From Octopus sinensis (taxonomy: Eukaryota), in contig NW_021832245.1 of assembly GCF_006345805.1 (NCBI RefSeq), positions 1 to 61,839 of the forward strand: a DNA stretch of 61,839 bases, read 5' to 3'. Numbering within the stretch: the stretch's first letter is position 1; each line of letters opens with the position of its first letter. The notes beneath the pieces were generated by a model. The model worked only from the letters and a program-made list of their open reading frames with translations, did no database searches and was not told the DNA's origin. The position numbers were made by a program, and so were the translations under genes. Shown one piece after another: positions 39,346-54,177 of the stretch.

Positions 39346-39769
39346 CAGCAGCAGCAGTAATATATGTAGCTGCGGCATCCAATGCAGTCAATTGCAAAAA
39401 GAACAACAAAAGTTTATTTAGAAATGTATACCACAATGCAGAGTGTAGTCAGTGTTGCAAGTATAAGAATGCAACCAATCTTAATAATATCTAATACAAT
39501 GTCGATGGTGATGTAGTTGAGCGGCAGATTGTTGAAGTAAATGCGCCAAAGTATCATCCTCCTCACTTCTTGATATGTGTGTGGCCTTCTGCCAAAGCTA
39601 TAAATCTGTTTTTAATAATACAAATCAAATCATTATATCCTGCGCGCTGAATTCAAGATAACTACAAAAGTATATTACCCACAGATGCCATCTGCACGAA
39701 AAATAACATTCAATTTAGTGCAGGGATTCTCAACAATTTTTCATCAATAATAATGAAATAATAATAATT

Positions 39770-39907
39770 TCAAGTTGCTTCCCAACTACATAGTTCAGGG
39801 TTCAGTCTCACTGCTTTGTATCTTGGGCAAGTGCCTTCTACTGTATACGAGGTCCGACCTTGGCCTTGCGAGTGGATTTGGCAGACGGAAACTGAAAGAA
39901 GCCCGTC

Positions 39908-39951
<44 letters not shown>

Positions 39952-40330
39952 GTTTGTGCATAATTATTGCGGCTCTTTTTCAACAAATTTTATTCAGCTA
40001 AAAAAACAATAAAAATATTTAACGAAAATATCTTCAAATGACGGTCTGACCATCTGCCAAGCAAATGGGAAGCAGTAATTAAAGAAGATGGTGAATATGC
40101 TCCGGAATAATCATTTAAAGATGTTTTTGTTACATATTATTGTTTTTGTTGAATAAAATTTGTTGAAAAAAAGCCGCAATAATTAATCACCATCCCCAAT
40201 ATATACGTGTGTGTGTGTGTGTGTGTGGTATGTGTGTGTGCGTGTGTGTGTGTGGTGTGTGTGTGTGTGTGTGTGTGTTTGTAACAGTTTGTGCCCCACT
40301 ATCGCTTGACAAGCAGTGTTGGAGTAACAT
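39770..40330 (+). mobile_element. Family-A SINE remnant split by a mariner MITE
   Basis: 5' half at 39770-39910, (TA)n, insert, then (TG)n and TTTGTGCCCCACTATCGCTTGACAA. Confidence 0.7.
39948..40200 (+). mobile_element. Mariner-derived MITE (deletion derivative)
   Basis: Inverted ends ATAATTATTGCGGCTCTTTTTCAACAAATTTTATTCA / TGAATAAAATTTGTTGAAAAAAAGCCGCAATAATTA; internal remnant DHLPSKWEAVIKEDGEYAPE* resembles a mariner C-terminus; sits in a TA run. Confidence 0.75.
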
Positions 40331-40373
40331 GAAAGTTAATTTCGCTGCGAAAATGATATTCTTACTCATAACA

Positions 40374-40430
<57 letters not shown>

Positions 40431-41282
40431 ATCTATCTATCTATCTATCTATCATTCGAGCTCTGTGCATTAGGGTATAGGGTATCTAAGGTCTATATGA
40501 CCTGTGACCATCCTATTATTAAGACAATAGGGCATGATGCAGATTTGGTTTCTATTTTTAGCAGATCGTGCAACTACACAAATGAACGGTTCCCAAGGAC
40601 CCTCGATTATTCAAATGAATATTCCCACGTTCCTCGGGCTTTTGAAAGGTTTATTTCCTCAGCAAATTTTGTTCTCAGCTCTCGAATCTATGTACTACCA
40701 TTGTGGATCCCAGTTTGGGAACTCTTAAGGTTAGGGATAGGGTTAGACTTCCTCCTCGACTCATTGTTATTTATCACGGGTCAACAGTGATCGGCTACAC
40801 CTATGGCCAACATTTACACTTATGTTGTGACCATCCTGTCTTATTTTCAGAGAACGTATTTCGAGGAGTGCATTATGCAACAATACATAGCTTTCTTTAC
40901 GAAGGTATGCGACCTAGTGGTTTAGGGGTAATGCGCTCGTGATCATGAGAACTGTGGTTACTTTCTCGGACCAAGTGGTGCTTTCTGTTCTTGAGCAAAA
41001 CCTTTCGTTTCACGTTGCTCCATCTCGTTCAGTAGTAGCGGAGAAGTAGACACTGCGATAGATCTGAGTCTCGTTCAGGGCAGTGAATGGTGATGGTGAT
41101 ATCTCAGCCGCTTAGATGTCATAGAACCCAGGTTAAGCTCCGTTCTTATGAACCCTTGGGCTCATAAGATAATAGCTCTCTTTAAGATGGCAAGCTACGA
41201 TGAGAGGAAAACTTCGGTTACTATATCTAGCATGTCAAGAGAGCAAAAATAGACTTCCTCTGTGAATAGTAGTAGCGGTAGT

Positions 41283-41355
<73 letters not shown>

Positions 41356-42480
41356 ACAACAACTACAGTGGCGGTAATAGAAGTAGCAGCAGCCGTCCAA
41401 GAATTTGGGCCTGGAGATCTCCATTTCCAGCGACTTCGAGGACCACCTCCCAGTGGTGTCGGGCGTCAACGAAGAGCCCTCGACTACCACAAGACGACCA
41501 ACGTTTTTTGTTTTCCAAGGTCTGGGGTCTCCCGCCCCTAAGCCCTAGACCATCACCTAATCACCCTTATCCGTCTTGTTGCTTAACAACAACACAACAA
41601 CAACAACAACAGCAACAGCATCATCATCAGCAGCAGCGGCAGTAGTAGTAGTAGTAGTAGTAGTGGCAACAACTGCAGTGGCGGTAGTAGAAGTAGCAGC
41701 AACACCACCACTAGCAGCCTAGCAGCAGCCGCAGTAGCAGTAGAAATAGTAATAAGTACTAGGAGTGGAATGGAAGAACCGGTGGTGGAAGGACGAGTTC
41801 AAATCCCGCCGAGGTCAACATCATCTTGCATCTCTTCCTTCGAGTCTAGGAATGGGGCGGGGTTCATCTAACAGACATCCACATTCGAGCAAAATGTGTG
41901 GACTTGTGCCAAAATTAAAAATTCCTTTCTGGTAGTAGTAGTAGTAGTAGTAGTAGTAGTATGAATGTTAGAAGGAGAGAGGGGGAGGTGGTGCTGCGGG
42001 AGGAGGAGAGGAAGGAAAGGCGGTGAAGTACTGGGGCAACACGTATTAATTCTGGAAATAGCATGTTGCAGTGGCTGCATATCAATGCAACCGCTTAGCA
42101 TATTTGCTTACCTTACCTGTTGCAACGTCACAGACAGGTAGACATAATGGAATCTAAATGTAACCATGAGTATAGAGTATGTGTGTATGTGGGGGGGGGC
42201 TATGTGTGTGTGTGTGTGTGGGAATATGTGTGTGTGGTGGAGGGCTATGTGTGTTTGGGGGGTTATGTGTGTGTGTGTGTGGGGCTGTGTGTGTGGGGGG
42301 GAGGGCTGTGTGTGTGTGTGTGGGCTCTGTTTGTATGTGTGTGCGTATGTGTGTCTATATATACATATGTGTGTATGAGAGAGAGACTGTGCATCAATGT
42401 GCTATTAATTCTGAGTAATTTTGTGGAAGACAACCTCTGACTGTATCTCTATAAAATATATATTATATATATATATATAT

Positions 42481-42568
<88 letters not shown>

Positions 42569-42964
42569 GCATATATATATACATACACACACATATATAT
42601 GTACGTACATAGATACGTACACACACACACACATATATTCAATAAATAGAACTTACATCTTTTACATGTTTTAGCCATTGGAGTGCGGCCATGCTGGGGT
42701 ACAGCCTTGGATGATTTTTGAAGAACGAATCTCAACCTCAGCACTTAGTTATTTCTTATGCCTGGTACTTATTCTATCAGTCCCTTTTGTCGAGCCGCTA
42801 GAATACGGGGAATTGAACAAAACAATACCGTTTGTCAATCAGTGATAGACGACAAAGACACACACTCACACAAACACCCACACATATATGTACATACATA
42901 TGTATATAGATACGTGTATTTATGTATGTATATATGCATATATATATATGTATGTTGTTATATA

Positions 42965-43008
<44 letters not shown>

Positions 43009-43894
43009 CATGCACAAATGCATACGCTAGATTACATATGCAATTATCATTATGTTTGCATAAAAGCATTGAAAACATGCAGTTGCACTATTATAATACA
43101 CGAAATTTTTGTATGGCAGAATCGAAACAAGGTTGCTTTCAGATCAATGTAATAATAGGCTAGTGAGAACGCAGATATCTTTCGGTCTTCTCAATACGTG
43201 GCAGCCGGCAACATGTCTGAAGAAGAATTTGTCGCCTTGAATATAGGAAGCAGTAGATAAAACATTCACTGATGTTGCAAATAGCCGTCCGGGTGAATAA
43301 AAATCCTGTGTACGCAATTTAGGTAGTATGAAATGAAAATGGCAGTCTATGTTTCATACTTACGACAGGCCACTGATTGTAGTATTTATTCTTGAGTAAT
43401 ACCTCTTATGGAAGTGCTGAGAGCCGAAATGCACCAGCAGCCGCCAGCAAGAACGCCGGGGGCATTTCGGCTTTTTTGGACGGCTATTTGCAACACCAGT
43501 GAATGTTTTATTCGCTGCCTACTTTATCGGAGGCGACAAATTCTCCAGGTATGTGGCTGGTTATGAACGCACGTTACTGAAAAGTTTTCAAAAACGGTTA
43601 AAATGCCTCTGGCGTTATTAGTGCTGGGGGGATCTTTTGTTTTCTTCCGAAATTTATACTATGTTTTTAACACAAAATGTCCACAGATTTTATTCAGTAC
43701 AATACCGCAGTAACTGGCCAGTCAACAGTGTATATACATTAAGCATGATACCTAGTTGGCTAACTTAATTTAATACTATCTCTATTACGTATACCGGACA
43801 ATTAGAATATGCCAATTTTTAGGTCATGCGTGACTTGTACACCTGTATGCATACACTGTACTTTGTGTTAATAATATAGGAACAAAGCCAAAGA

Positions 43895-44520
43895 CGGCGA
43901 GCTGGCATAATTGTTAGCATGCTGAGCAAAATGCTAAGCGGAATTTCGTACGTTCTGAATACAAATGCCACCGGAGTCGACTTTGCCGTTTATCCTTTCC
44001 GGGTCGATAAAATAAGTTCCAGTTGAGAACTGGGGTCGATGAAATCGACCTACTCCCTCCCCCGATCTTGGTGGCCTTGTGCCAAAATCTGTAACCAATA
44101 TAGGAACAAAGTCAGAAAGTTTGGAAGAGGGTGTCAGTCGATTAACTCAACCCCAATACATTATTAGTACTTTTACCGGCCCCTAGAAAATGAAAGACAA
44201 ATCAACCTCTCTGGGATTTGAACTCTGGACATTAAAAACATTTACCAAATAACGCATTGTAATTTCTTCGATGCACCAACGATTCCGCGAATTCCACCGC
44301 CCTGATTCTGTTTCATAATAATTGTTTCTAACGTAAGTACAAAACAAGAAATGGGGAGTATTTATCGATTTCATCGACTTCAGTACGTGGTTGGTATTTT
44401 ATCTTATGGATTCCAGAAGGTTTCAAAGACAAAGTTGATTTTCGCTGGATTTGAACTCAGGATGTAAAGATCCATAAGTTAATACCGAAAGGTATTTTCT
44501 TCGACGCTCTCACTATTTTG
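43895..44520. mobile_element. Cluster of three degenerate family-B' SINEs (+, -, -)
   Basis: GACGGCGAGCTGGC head at ~43892; two reverse copies ending GAACTC...GAATTC. Confidence 0.7.
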
Positions 44521-44904
44521 TGAATTCACTCTCCTGATTGTATTTTGTAATAATACAAGCATGTATAAACATATATGTAGGTTTTTATATACATTATAAT
44601 GCAAACATATCTATATTTGTTTATATCCACGTTTATGTATCTGTGTATGTGAGAGAAAAAGTGAAAGAGTTTTGGGATAGTGAAACATGAAGAGGAAAAG
44701 AGAGAGAGAGAGAGAGGGGGGAGAGGGAGAGAGAAGGGGGAGAGAGAGGGAGAGAGAGAGAGAGAGTAAGAGAATGCAGCTGATGCAGCCTAAGTTATTT
44801 TTGAAGAAATAGTTGAAATATTTGTAAGTTCTTGGTGTAAATATAGCGATGCGAGATAAGAATATTTTGACGTATTCCTGCCATGTGTCTATATCTTAAC
44901 ATTC

Positions 44905-44979
<75 letters not shown>

Positions 44980-44980
44980 C

Positions 44981-45011
<31 letters not shown>

Positions 45012-45674
45012 GCAGGCTGTTTCATATATATATATCTATATATATATATATATATACATATACATACAGCAGCTAGGCGCACAAAAGTTAGGTGGTACAA
45101 TTCTAATACATTATGCTCGTTCTATGTTCTATGTTCAAAACTTACTGCATTTTATTAAGTATTATAAAGTGTTAGCTTAAAAGCCGCGCACTCCGGGCGG
45201 ACTTTTATGCTAGCTCCTGCGAATGGATAAGTGGGTCCGCGGCTCAAAACTAAATTGAGGGAAATAGCATGGTTATAAAATTTGTCTATAATGACTATAA
45301 GCCCTGATGGTGTTTGATCAGAGGTTAAGGACGGATGAGAATTAATTCTGTAATGCAATCATTCTATTGTTCCAGTCCCAATTTGAATGCCAATTGTTGA
45401 CTAATTTGTCCCTAAGTTCTAATCTCGACATAAAATTAACAAAACGAATGTAATTTATTTCCCCTTGATCTCTGGCGTCATCCGAAAAACGCCAACTAAG
45501 ATAGCGGGAATCAGCAAAGCTTTACCTGCTAGAAATAACAACCCAAATGCTTTTAAATCCAATGCCAGATATTCAAGAACTAAATGCCGGGCGAATTTTC
45601 AATCCCGGGATTATCCTGATTCCAAAAAGGTATAATATATATATATGTAGAGCAAATGTGAACTGAGATACATA

Positions 45675-45722
<48 letters not shown>

Positions 45723-46187
45723 ATATATATATATGATGGGCTTCTTCAGTTTCCGTCTACCAAATCCACTCATAAGGCTTTGGTCAGCCCGAGGCAATAG
45801 TAGAAGACTCTTGCCCAAGGTGTCACGTTGTGGGACTGAACCCGGAATCATGTGGTTGGAAAGCAAGCTTCTTACCATACGCCCACGGCTGCGCCTATCC
45901 ACATAATCTTATATGGATCCTCAAGGGCTATATGAACCACCGTTGAAAACCACTGATCCAGGCGCAACACCAGCAATCGTATATCTAACTGTACACATGA
46001 GATATACTCTTTAGATTGTTATTAAGCAAAGAAATGATCCGTATCTATGTTTTTGTACGTATCGAATAATTCAGTTCAACTAATCTATGAATTTCGTGCA
46101 AAAATCATTCATTGGAGACAAAAATATCAAAAGGATTTTATATGCTAATGATACGGTACAGTTTGCGAGTGAAATGAAACCATTATG

Positions 46188-46598
46188 GGATCTTTTCGGT
46201 TTGAACGGCAGTTTTTACCATAATTTCTCGGTAACTAAAAAGTTTTAAACTTCGTATACTGGTAGAATATGTTTATAAAACATCTTTTTCTCTTGGCTTT
46301 ATTGAGAAAATTCTATAGTTTGTAAGATATTTGCTGTTTTTTTTTTCAATTTCTGCAATTTCAACCAATCAATGACGTCCATTGACGTGAAAAAACACTC
46401 TGTGCCGTATGAATATGTCCCTCGTTTAAGAAACAGATTGGGTTTATTTACATTTGTGAAGAAAAAAAGATAACCCCCCCCCACTAACCCTAACCCTAAA
46501 ACAGATTGAAATGCAATAGATCGGTACTAGGGATAATTATGGGTGACAATTTCATATGACACCGCTAGAAAGAACTGCCGTTCAAACCGAAAAGATCC
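46188..46598. mobile_element. Short MITE of the GGATCTTTTC family
   Basis: TIR GGATCTTTTCGGTTTGAACGGCAG / CTGCCGTTCAAACCGAAAAGATCC; perfect 8-bp TSD CCATTATG. Confidence 0.9.
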
Positions 46599-46952
46599 CC
46601 ATTATGCGACCGAAAATGCCAGAAAATAGGTTCTTGCAATGAAAAATTGAATTAAGTACACATGTACTATAAGTATACTAAGTAGACCACACGTACGTGT
46701 ACGTGTGTGTATGTGAACGTATGTGAGTGTATGTGTGTATGCGCGCTTGGGTGTGTGTCCGTGTGTGTGCGCATGCGTCTGTATGTATGTTTGTGTATGT
46801 GCGTGTGTGTGTGTGTATGTGTGGGCGAGCGTGTGTCTAGATTTAGCTTGTTTGCCAAAATGGCCGCTGCCCTGCGTCACTTCATACTTCACTTAACACG
46901 AGTTGCCTATCTTGTGTAGCTTTACCACCTTCAGTACACACACATACGTGTG

Positions 46953-46984
<32 letters not shown>

Positions 46985-47134
46985 AATATATGCATGTATA
47001 TGTATATATATATATATATGCTTATGTGTACATATATCTGTATGTACATAAGTATACATACATATATATATATACATAATATATAATGTATATATATACA
47101 TAAAAATATATATATATATATATATATAATATAT

Positions 47135-47182
<48 letters not shown>

Positions 47183-47183
47183 A

Positions 47184-47225
<42 letters not shown>

Positions 47226-47517
47226 CTATTTTTAATTTATATCTGTATCTCTATCTCTCACTATATGCATGTATTTATAAATATATATACAGTCATACAT
47301 ACATATATGTGTGTGTGTGTGTCTATGAATTTATGTATATATATATATATATATATATATTAAGGTATGTAGAAAAATACAACATGGACAAGAACGTATA
47401 ACTCTTAGAAGACGATACAATAAACACGGACAGGACATTCGAAACCCTCAGTCTTCAGTCAAGAACCGGATCATCGTAGTAATTTCGGCTGATTAATCTT
47501 GAGATTACTAGATCACG

Positions 47518-47555
<38 letters not shown>

Positions 47556-48273
47556 TATATATATGTGTGTGTACATACATACATATATAGATACATAGAT
47601 ACATACATACATACATACATACATACATACTACATACATACATACATACATAATACATACATTCACACATACATACATACATACATACATACATACATAC
47701 ATACATACATACATACATACATACATACATACATACATACATACATAAAAGATGTGAGTGTTTAAAAATCGCGAAAGAAGACGGATGTAAGGAAATAGAA
47801 AGAGAATGAAAAAAAGCAGCAGATAAAGGAAGGAAACTGGAAGAAAAGATAGCCGCCTCAGCAAGACGTAGAGTGAAGGAAGAGCGCAAATGAGATACTT
47901 CGTGTTACCGAGAAACAGAATAAGGGGGTGAAAGTTTATCAGAGAGAGGTGAGAGATTAACAAATTAATTGACGTCAATTCAATTTATATGTACTTCTTC
48001 GGTTAAGGGATGCGTTCAGAATGATGCAATTTAACTCCCTTCACGGCGCATGAACGTACTCAAATGTTGTAAATTTTAAGGAAGGCTTATTTTCATGTGA
48101 GTGTTGTATAAGTGTTGAGGGCAACTTAGATGTATTGAAGTGTTGCTAAAATGATACAGTGAAATATTACAACCTGCGCGAGTTTTAATATTTAATATAA
48201 ATTTCTTATATACAAGTTTTAAAAGTGTGTGCGTGAGAGAGAGAGAGAGTGAGAGAAAGAGAGAGAGAGAGAA

Positions 48274-48346
<73 letters not shown>

Positions 48347-48862
48347 GGGGGGAGTATTTCTGTGTGTGTATTTGTGTGTGTGTGTATCACTTTTCCAGTG
48401 TTCTGCTTGCTTATAATCAGAATTGACTCTGAAGAAAGTAGCATTGTTTCTCTAGGGCGTTCAATTTTTCTCAGCCGGTCGATGGGCCCATTGAGTAAAC
48501 CAATCAATAACAAGGATATAATGACTACTGGAAATAGCTGTAAGTCAAATTTACAATGCATTCCTTCAAGACACTAGCAGAAGATCTATCAGAGTCACGT
48601 TCGATTTTGCTTAGTGCTGCAATGATGTCTGAGACAGTGAAAGTTATGTCGGAGGTAATACTTCGAATATTAACTTCATTGAAATAATCTTAATCAGTCT
48701 CAGTAGGATCACTGGAGACGGAGCAATAAAGTTTCTGCAGGATTTTTACCATTACTTTAGCTCTACGGGTGGTGGATGCTAGTCCAATGTTTCTTGTCCA
48801 ATAAATAGAACGCTTTTTTTTTTGTAATAACCCAAACATCTGGTTGCTAGTATGCCCTAAGT

Positions 48863-48909
<47 letters not shown>

Positions 48910-50311
48910 TATAATTCGTGTTATTCGTAGAAGCGATGCACGTTACAAGAATTTCCAACTTGAGTCGAATAGGAAAAACTCGGGCGGTGACCGCTGGTCC
49001 AATGTTCCTTGTCCAATGAATAGGACGCTTCTGGGAGTCTGCTGTTTTTTTTTGTTTTTTTTTGTAATTGTAATAACTCAAACAACTAGTTGCTAGTACG
49101 CCTAAACAAAATCATTACACACACGCACACACACAGAAGCACATACACACATACACACACACATACACCCACACACGCACACACACACACATACACAAAC
49201 ACACATGTACATATAATTCGTGTTATGCGTAGAAGCGATGCACGTTACAAGAATTTCCGACTCGAGTCGAATAGGAAAAACTCACCCGAATTCTTATCAC
49301 AGTATCTATGGGAATGGATTTAGGATTGGTTAACAAGAAAGGAAATAGATCATATAAAGTATAACAATAAAGTAAAACCACTGCATTTAATGCGTATGCT
49401 TGCGATATCTGCGCAAAAGATATAAAATGAAGTTCATCTCTTACAAGAGAGGAAATTCCGTTTTCATATATTGCGCAGTTATCTGAAATATACGTATTAA
49501 ATGCATTCAAAATTTCATCACTTGGTTCCACTTCATTTTTATACTTAATATATATATATAGGGCCGTCGCTAAGCCCCGCAACCCCTGGGGTCGTAGGAG
49601 GCCTCCGCGGTTGAGATGCCCCATGTTAAGATCAAAGTACGTAGATGAGTCATTTATTTACTTTGGTAATTTTTGTAAATATATCCAAAATAGAAATATA
49701 TATGTATATATATAAATATATATCCTTTTATTTTTTTTGTTTTACTTGATTCAGTCATTTGACTGCGGCTATGCTGGAGCACCGCCTTAAAGTGTTATAG
49801 TCGAAAAAATCGACCACAGGACTTATTCTTTGTTAGCTTAATTACCAAAGACGTTGAACAAGAATTAAACTATGCTAACAGAAAATTTCAATAAATAAAC
49901 TGGTAATACATTATACCTGCAAAAGTTCATGTAAAACTATTACATTGTACCACGAACGTGTACCAGACTTTGTGGATTGTCTATAATTACTATTAGACAT
50001 GAACTTATATGATCTGTTTCCTTACATTCTAACCAATCCTAAATCTCAGCTTGAACTGATCGATGATTTCGCAAAGCGAAAAGAGCGCCGTGTTTGTCGT
50101 TGAAAGCTTCTTGGATTATAAAAGTGCTGGACGTTAATAGACATAAATAAATTTAACTTGTACGTTTAAATATATTCTTTAGGATAACGTGAAATATTGA
50201 ACTTCAGATAGAATAAAGTAATATATAGTAGCTATGAATAAAGGATGCGTAGATTATGAGTTATGAATTTTGATTGAAGGGATGGGCGCCTCTAAAAGTC
50301 ACGCGACGGAG

Positions 50312-50367
<56 letters not shown>

Positions 50368-51731
50368 TTATGTGTCTGTGTTTGTGTGTGCGTGTGTGTG
50401 TGGATATATATATATATATATATATAACTTATAAACAAGGGCAAAAGAAAAAAATTTCTAATGCCAAATATGCCGAAACTAGACACATCGTCCATAACCA
50501 TATAATTCATCACTATAAGCACGCGTCTCGAAGAAAGCCAACAGAAATTTCTAAAAAATCCATTATTACCATATCGGACCCGATTTCAGAGTTAATTCAT
50601 AAGAACCTTCTCTTCGTCAGTGATACATGCGGCAAAGAAATAAATGAAATACTTACTTATACCCATGGAAGAAGCAAACACTAAGTCCTGAGCACAATTA
50701 AGTACCCCAAATATATCCAAAATAGAAATATATATGTATATATATACAAATATATATCCTTTTCGTTTTTTTTCTTTTACTTGTTTCAGTCATTTGACTG
50801 CGGCTATGCTGGAGCACCGCCTTAAAGGATTATAGTCGAAGAAATCAACCACAGGACTTATTCTTTGTTAACTTAATATGTATTCTATCGATGTATTTTG
50901 CCGAACCGCTATGTTAAGGGGACTATGTTATGTATATAAACAGATTGGTTGCTTATTTCACTCTGATTGGTCACATTGATATAGATGCCTCTGGTGATAA
51001 TCCAACAAAATTCGAAAATCGAGGAAGGTTGTTCATCATTCTTTCAATCTACAAAGGAATAGCTAACTTAACCCTATTTGTATATCTGTTATACAGGCCA
51101 TACGTGAATATACACGCTTAGACTTAGTCTAATTAACAAATCCAGAGTCTTGCTACTTTTCTCAGCATCTTTATCTGCCATCTTTTACTTGTTTCAGTCA
51201 TTAGACTGCGGCCATGCTGGGGCACCACCTTAAATTTTTAGTCGAATGAATCGACCCCAGTAATTATGTTTTAACCCTGGTACTTTTTCTATCGCTCTCT
51301 TCTCGAACCGCCAAATTGCGGGGACGCAAACACACCAGCACCGGTTGTTAATCCGTGGCGGGAGATACACATACACATATATCGCCTCAAAAAGGTCTCC
51401 GTCACACCCATGCCAGTACGGAGAAACAGACGTAAGACAGAAATCAACTGTAAATATGTACCCTGGGGTAAAACAATTTAGTAATGTACGCTGTGATCAG
51501 TAAAACTGCAAAATAAACGCCAATGAGTTTAACTTGAGCGGGTACACCGTAGGGCTTCTGTTAAACTCATTATCTCAACGGTCCAATTAGTTATGTGGCT
51601 TAATATTGATGTAATGTATCTCTTTCATCCGATATGTCTATCTGTCTGTCTATCTCTCTGTCAGTCAATCTATATCTCTGCCTGCCTCTTTGTCTGCCTG
51701 CTTGTCTGTCTGTCAGTTTATGTATGTATAG

Positions 51732-51766
<35 letters not shown>

Positions 51767-51903
51767 GATCTATCTATCGATCTATCCATCCACGCATCTA
51801 TCCATCCATCCATCCATCCATCCATCCATCCATCCATCCATCCATCAATCCATCCATCCATCCATCCATCCATCAATTCATCCATCCATCCGTCTGTCTG
51901 TGC

Positions 51904-51966
<63 letters not shown>

Positions 51967-52021
51967 GATCGATCGATCGATCTGCCAGTCCGTCCGTCTG
52001 TTTGCCTGTCTGTCAGTGAAC

Positions 52022-52085
<64 letters not shown>

Positions 52086-52091
52086 ATACCC

Positions 52092-52126
<35 letters not shown>

Positions 52127-52680
52127 CATCCGCCTATTGTAATCTTGTTAAAGTTTGTTCTTCCTCTCTTCATGGAAACTCCCTATTGCATTTTGTTTGT
52201 ATCTAACAAACAACGGCGGAAATAAGCAAGAGCAGGTTGTGAAGGCGACGGATTTTTCTTTTTATTTATTTAGGAGGTGGATAAGAGTATAACGTTTTAA
52301 ATTAAGCAGAGTCTAGTGGAAATTTATCAAAATCTAGTCGGTGTAAGTGAAAACAGCGATGCAACTTGTCAACATATTATTAACTAAATATTCGACCTTT
52401 AAACCCATTGGTCCATATTTAAAGGTCAGGAATCAGTTTTAATTTGATTTGGCCCATTAGCGAGTAAAACCTTAAATAATTATCCAGGAATTGTTGCTCA
52501 AAACGAGACAGAAATACGAAGCATAACTATGAATGTCGGTAGTCTTTTTACACAGAACTTCATTCTCTTCTATTCATTCCTCTCAATTAAAATGTGACAA
52601 TCCATCCCCACCACGTGCACTCGTGTGTGTATCCGTGTGTATGTGTGTGTGTGCGTGTATGTCTTTATGTGTAGGTGTGT

Positions 52681-52719
<39 letters not shown>

Positions 52720-52840
52720 AAAAGAGAGGCCCTTGAAACTCCAAGTCGCATGGAGCCGAATCAAGCTGTTTTAAATAATGCGTGTGTATATATACACACA
52801 TATACTATATATATATATATATATATATACATAAATATAT

Positions 52841-52919
<79 letters not shown>

Positions 52920-53518
52920 TACATATACAACAGCATTTTCGTTGTTGACAGCACCAAAATAAACTCTTATCGAATAATGGCGTGAAATTGTAATGATCTT
53001 TGGTCGATGATTGATGAGGGATAAGCGTGTCCACGGCTTTGTATGTTTTTCACGAGTTATTTTGTCGACTTTCTGTGCAACTATTTATTGTGTGTGTATG
53101 TGTGTGTGTGTGTGTACACACACACATACGCGCACGCACACACACACACATATGCATAACGAAACGGGCATGGATCCTAAAGGACTCCCTCGACCCAGGG
53201 AACATTCTGATCTCCAGAACGGAAGTCTTCGGACTGTGCTTGCATTTCAGGAAATTCTGCTATCCTATTGGAACCCACGAGTTTGCATGGCCACCGGCGA
53301 TCGATAGCCAAACGGACACAACCTCTTCTGTTGATATTGGCGATCGATAGTAAAGGGGAAGTAATCCCCTTTGTTTTCATTGAGTAACGAGCTCATTTCC
53401 TCCTCATATTCTAGAGAGGCCTTTTAGCCAACAGATTTTGGGATCTGGTGATACGCCATAGAGCCAGGCCCTTTATGGATGTGAAATCTAAGGTAATCCC
53501 ATAAACCGGCCTTATCTA

Positions 53519-53561
<43 letters not shown>

Positions 53562-53672
53562 TATAGCCAGCGGTTGGCGTCATTTGAAGGCTAAAACAAT
53601 GCAAAGCGCATTGTCACCAGCGATGTGTAGCAACATCTGATAGCTGGTCGGTCACGGTGTATATATATATAT

Positions 53673-53726
<54 letters not shown>

Positions 53727-54094
53727 TTCTTTATCGAGTGAAAAAACGGTATGGACGATTCTTTTGGGAGTCTCACAATACCATGTACGCCTATGAGGAT
53801 TTACTTTCCCAATGATACTCTGTTTTTTTCTCAAACTTTTTCTCAAACCTGCTATAATGTGATACATGTCTTTGGTGTGGTAATTGTACGCGGCTGAAGA
53901 AGGCGTTTGATCTACCTGTTATATCAATTATGCGTTGATATAAGAATAAGTTGTTCAATAAAGCCCGAAACATATGTACCGCTAAATCCTTTGCGTTCTG
54001 TTTTTCTTTTGATACATATATCCTATCACCTGTACCACTAGCTGGCATATACAGGTGCTTACATTTACCAAGTATTCACCCTGAATTTATATTT

Positions 54095-54177
<83 letters not shown>

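Noticed and set aside
49223-50684. ORFs 49223-49624 and 50274-50684, and an IDDFAKRKERR motif near 50060-50095 resembling a hAT C-terminus
   Set aside because: The matches are too short, with no supporting upstream motifs or TIRs.
53160-53520. AYHQIP-like motif suggesting a Ty3/Gypsy RT
   Set aside because: Surrounding residues lack the other RT motifs and contain stops; likely coincidence.
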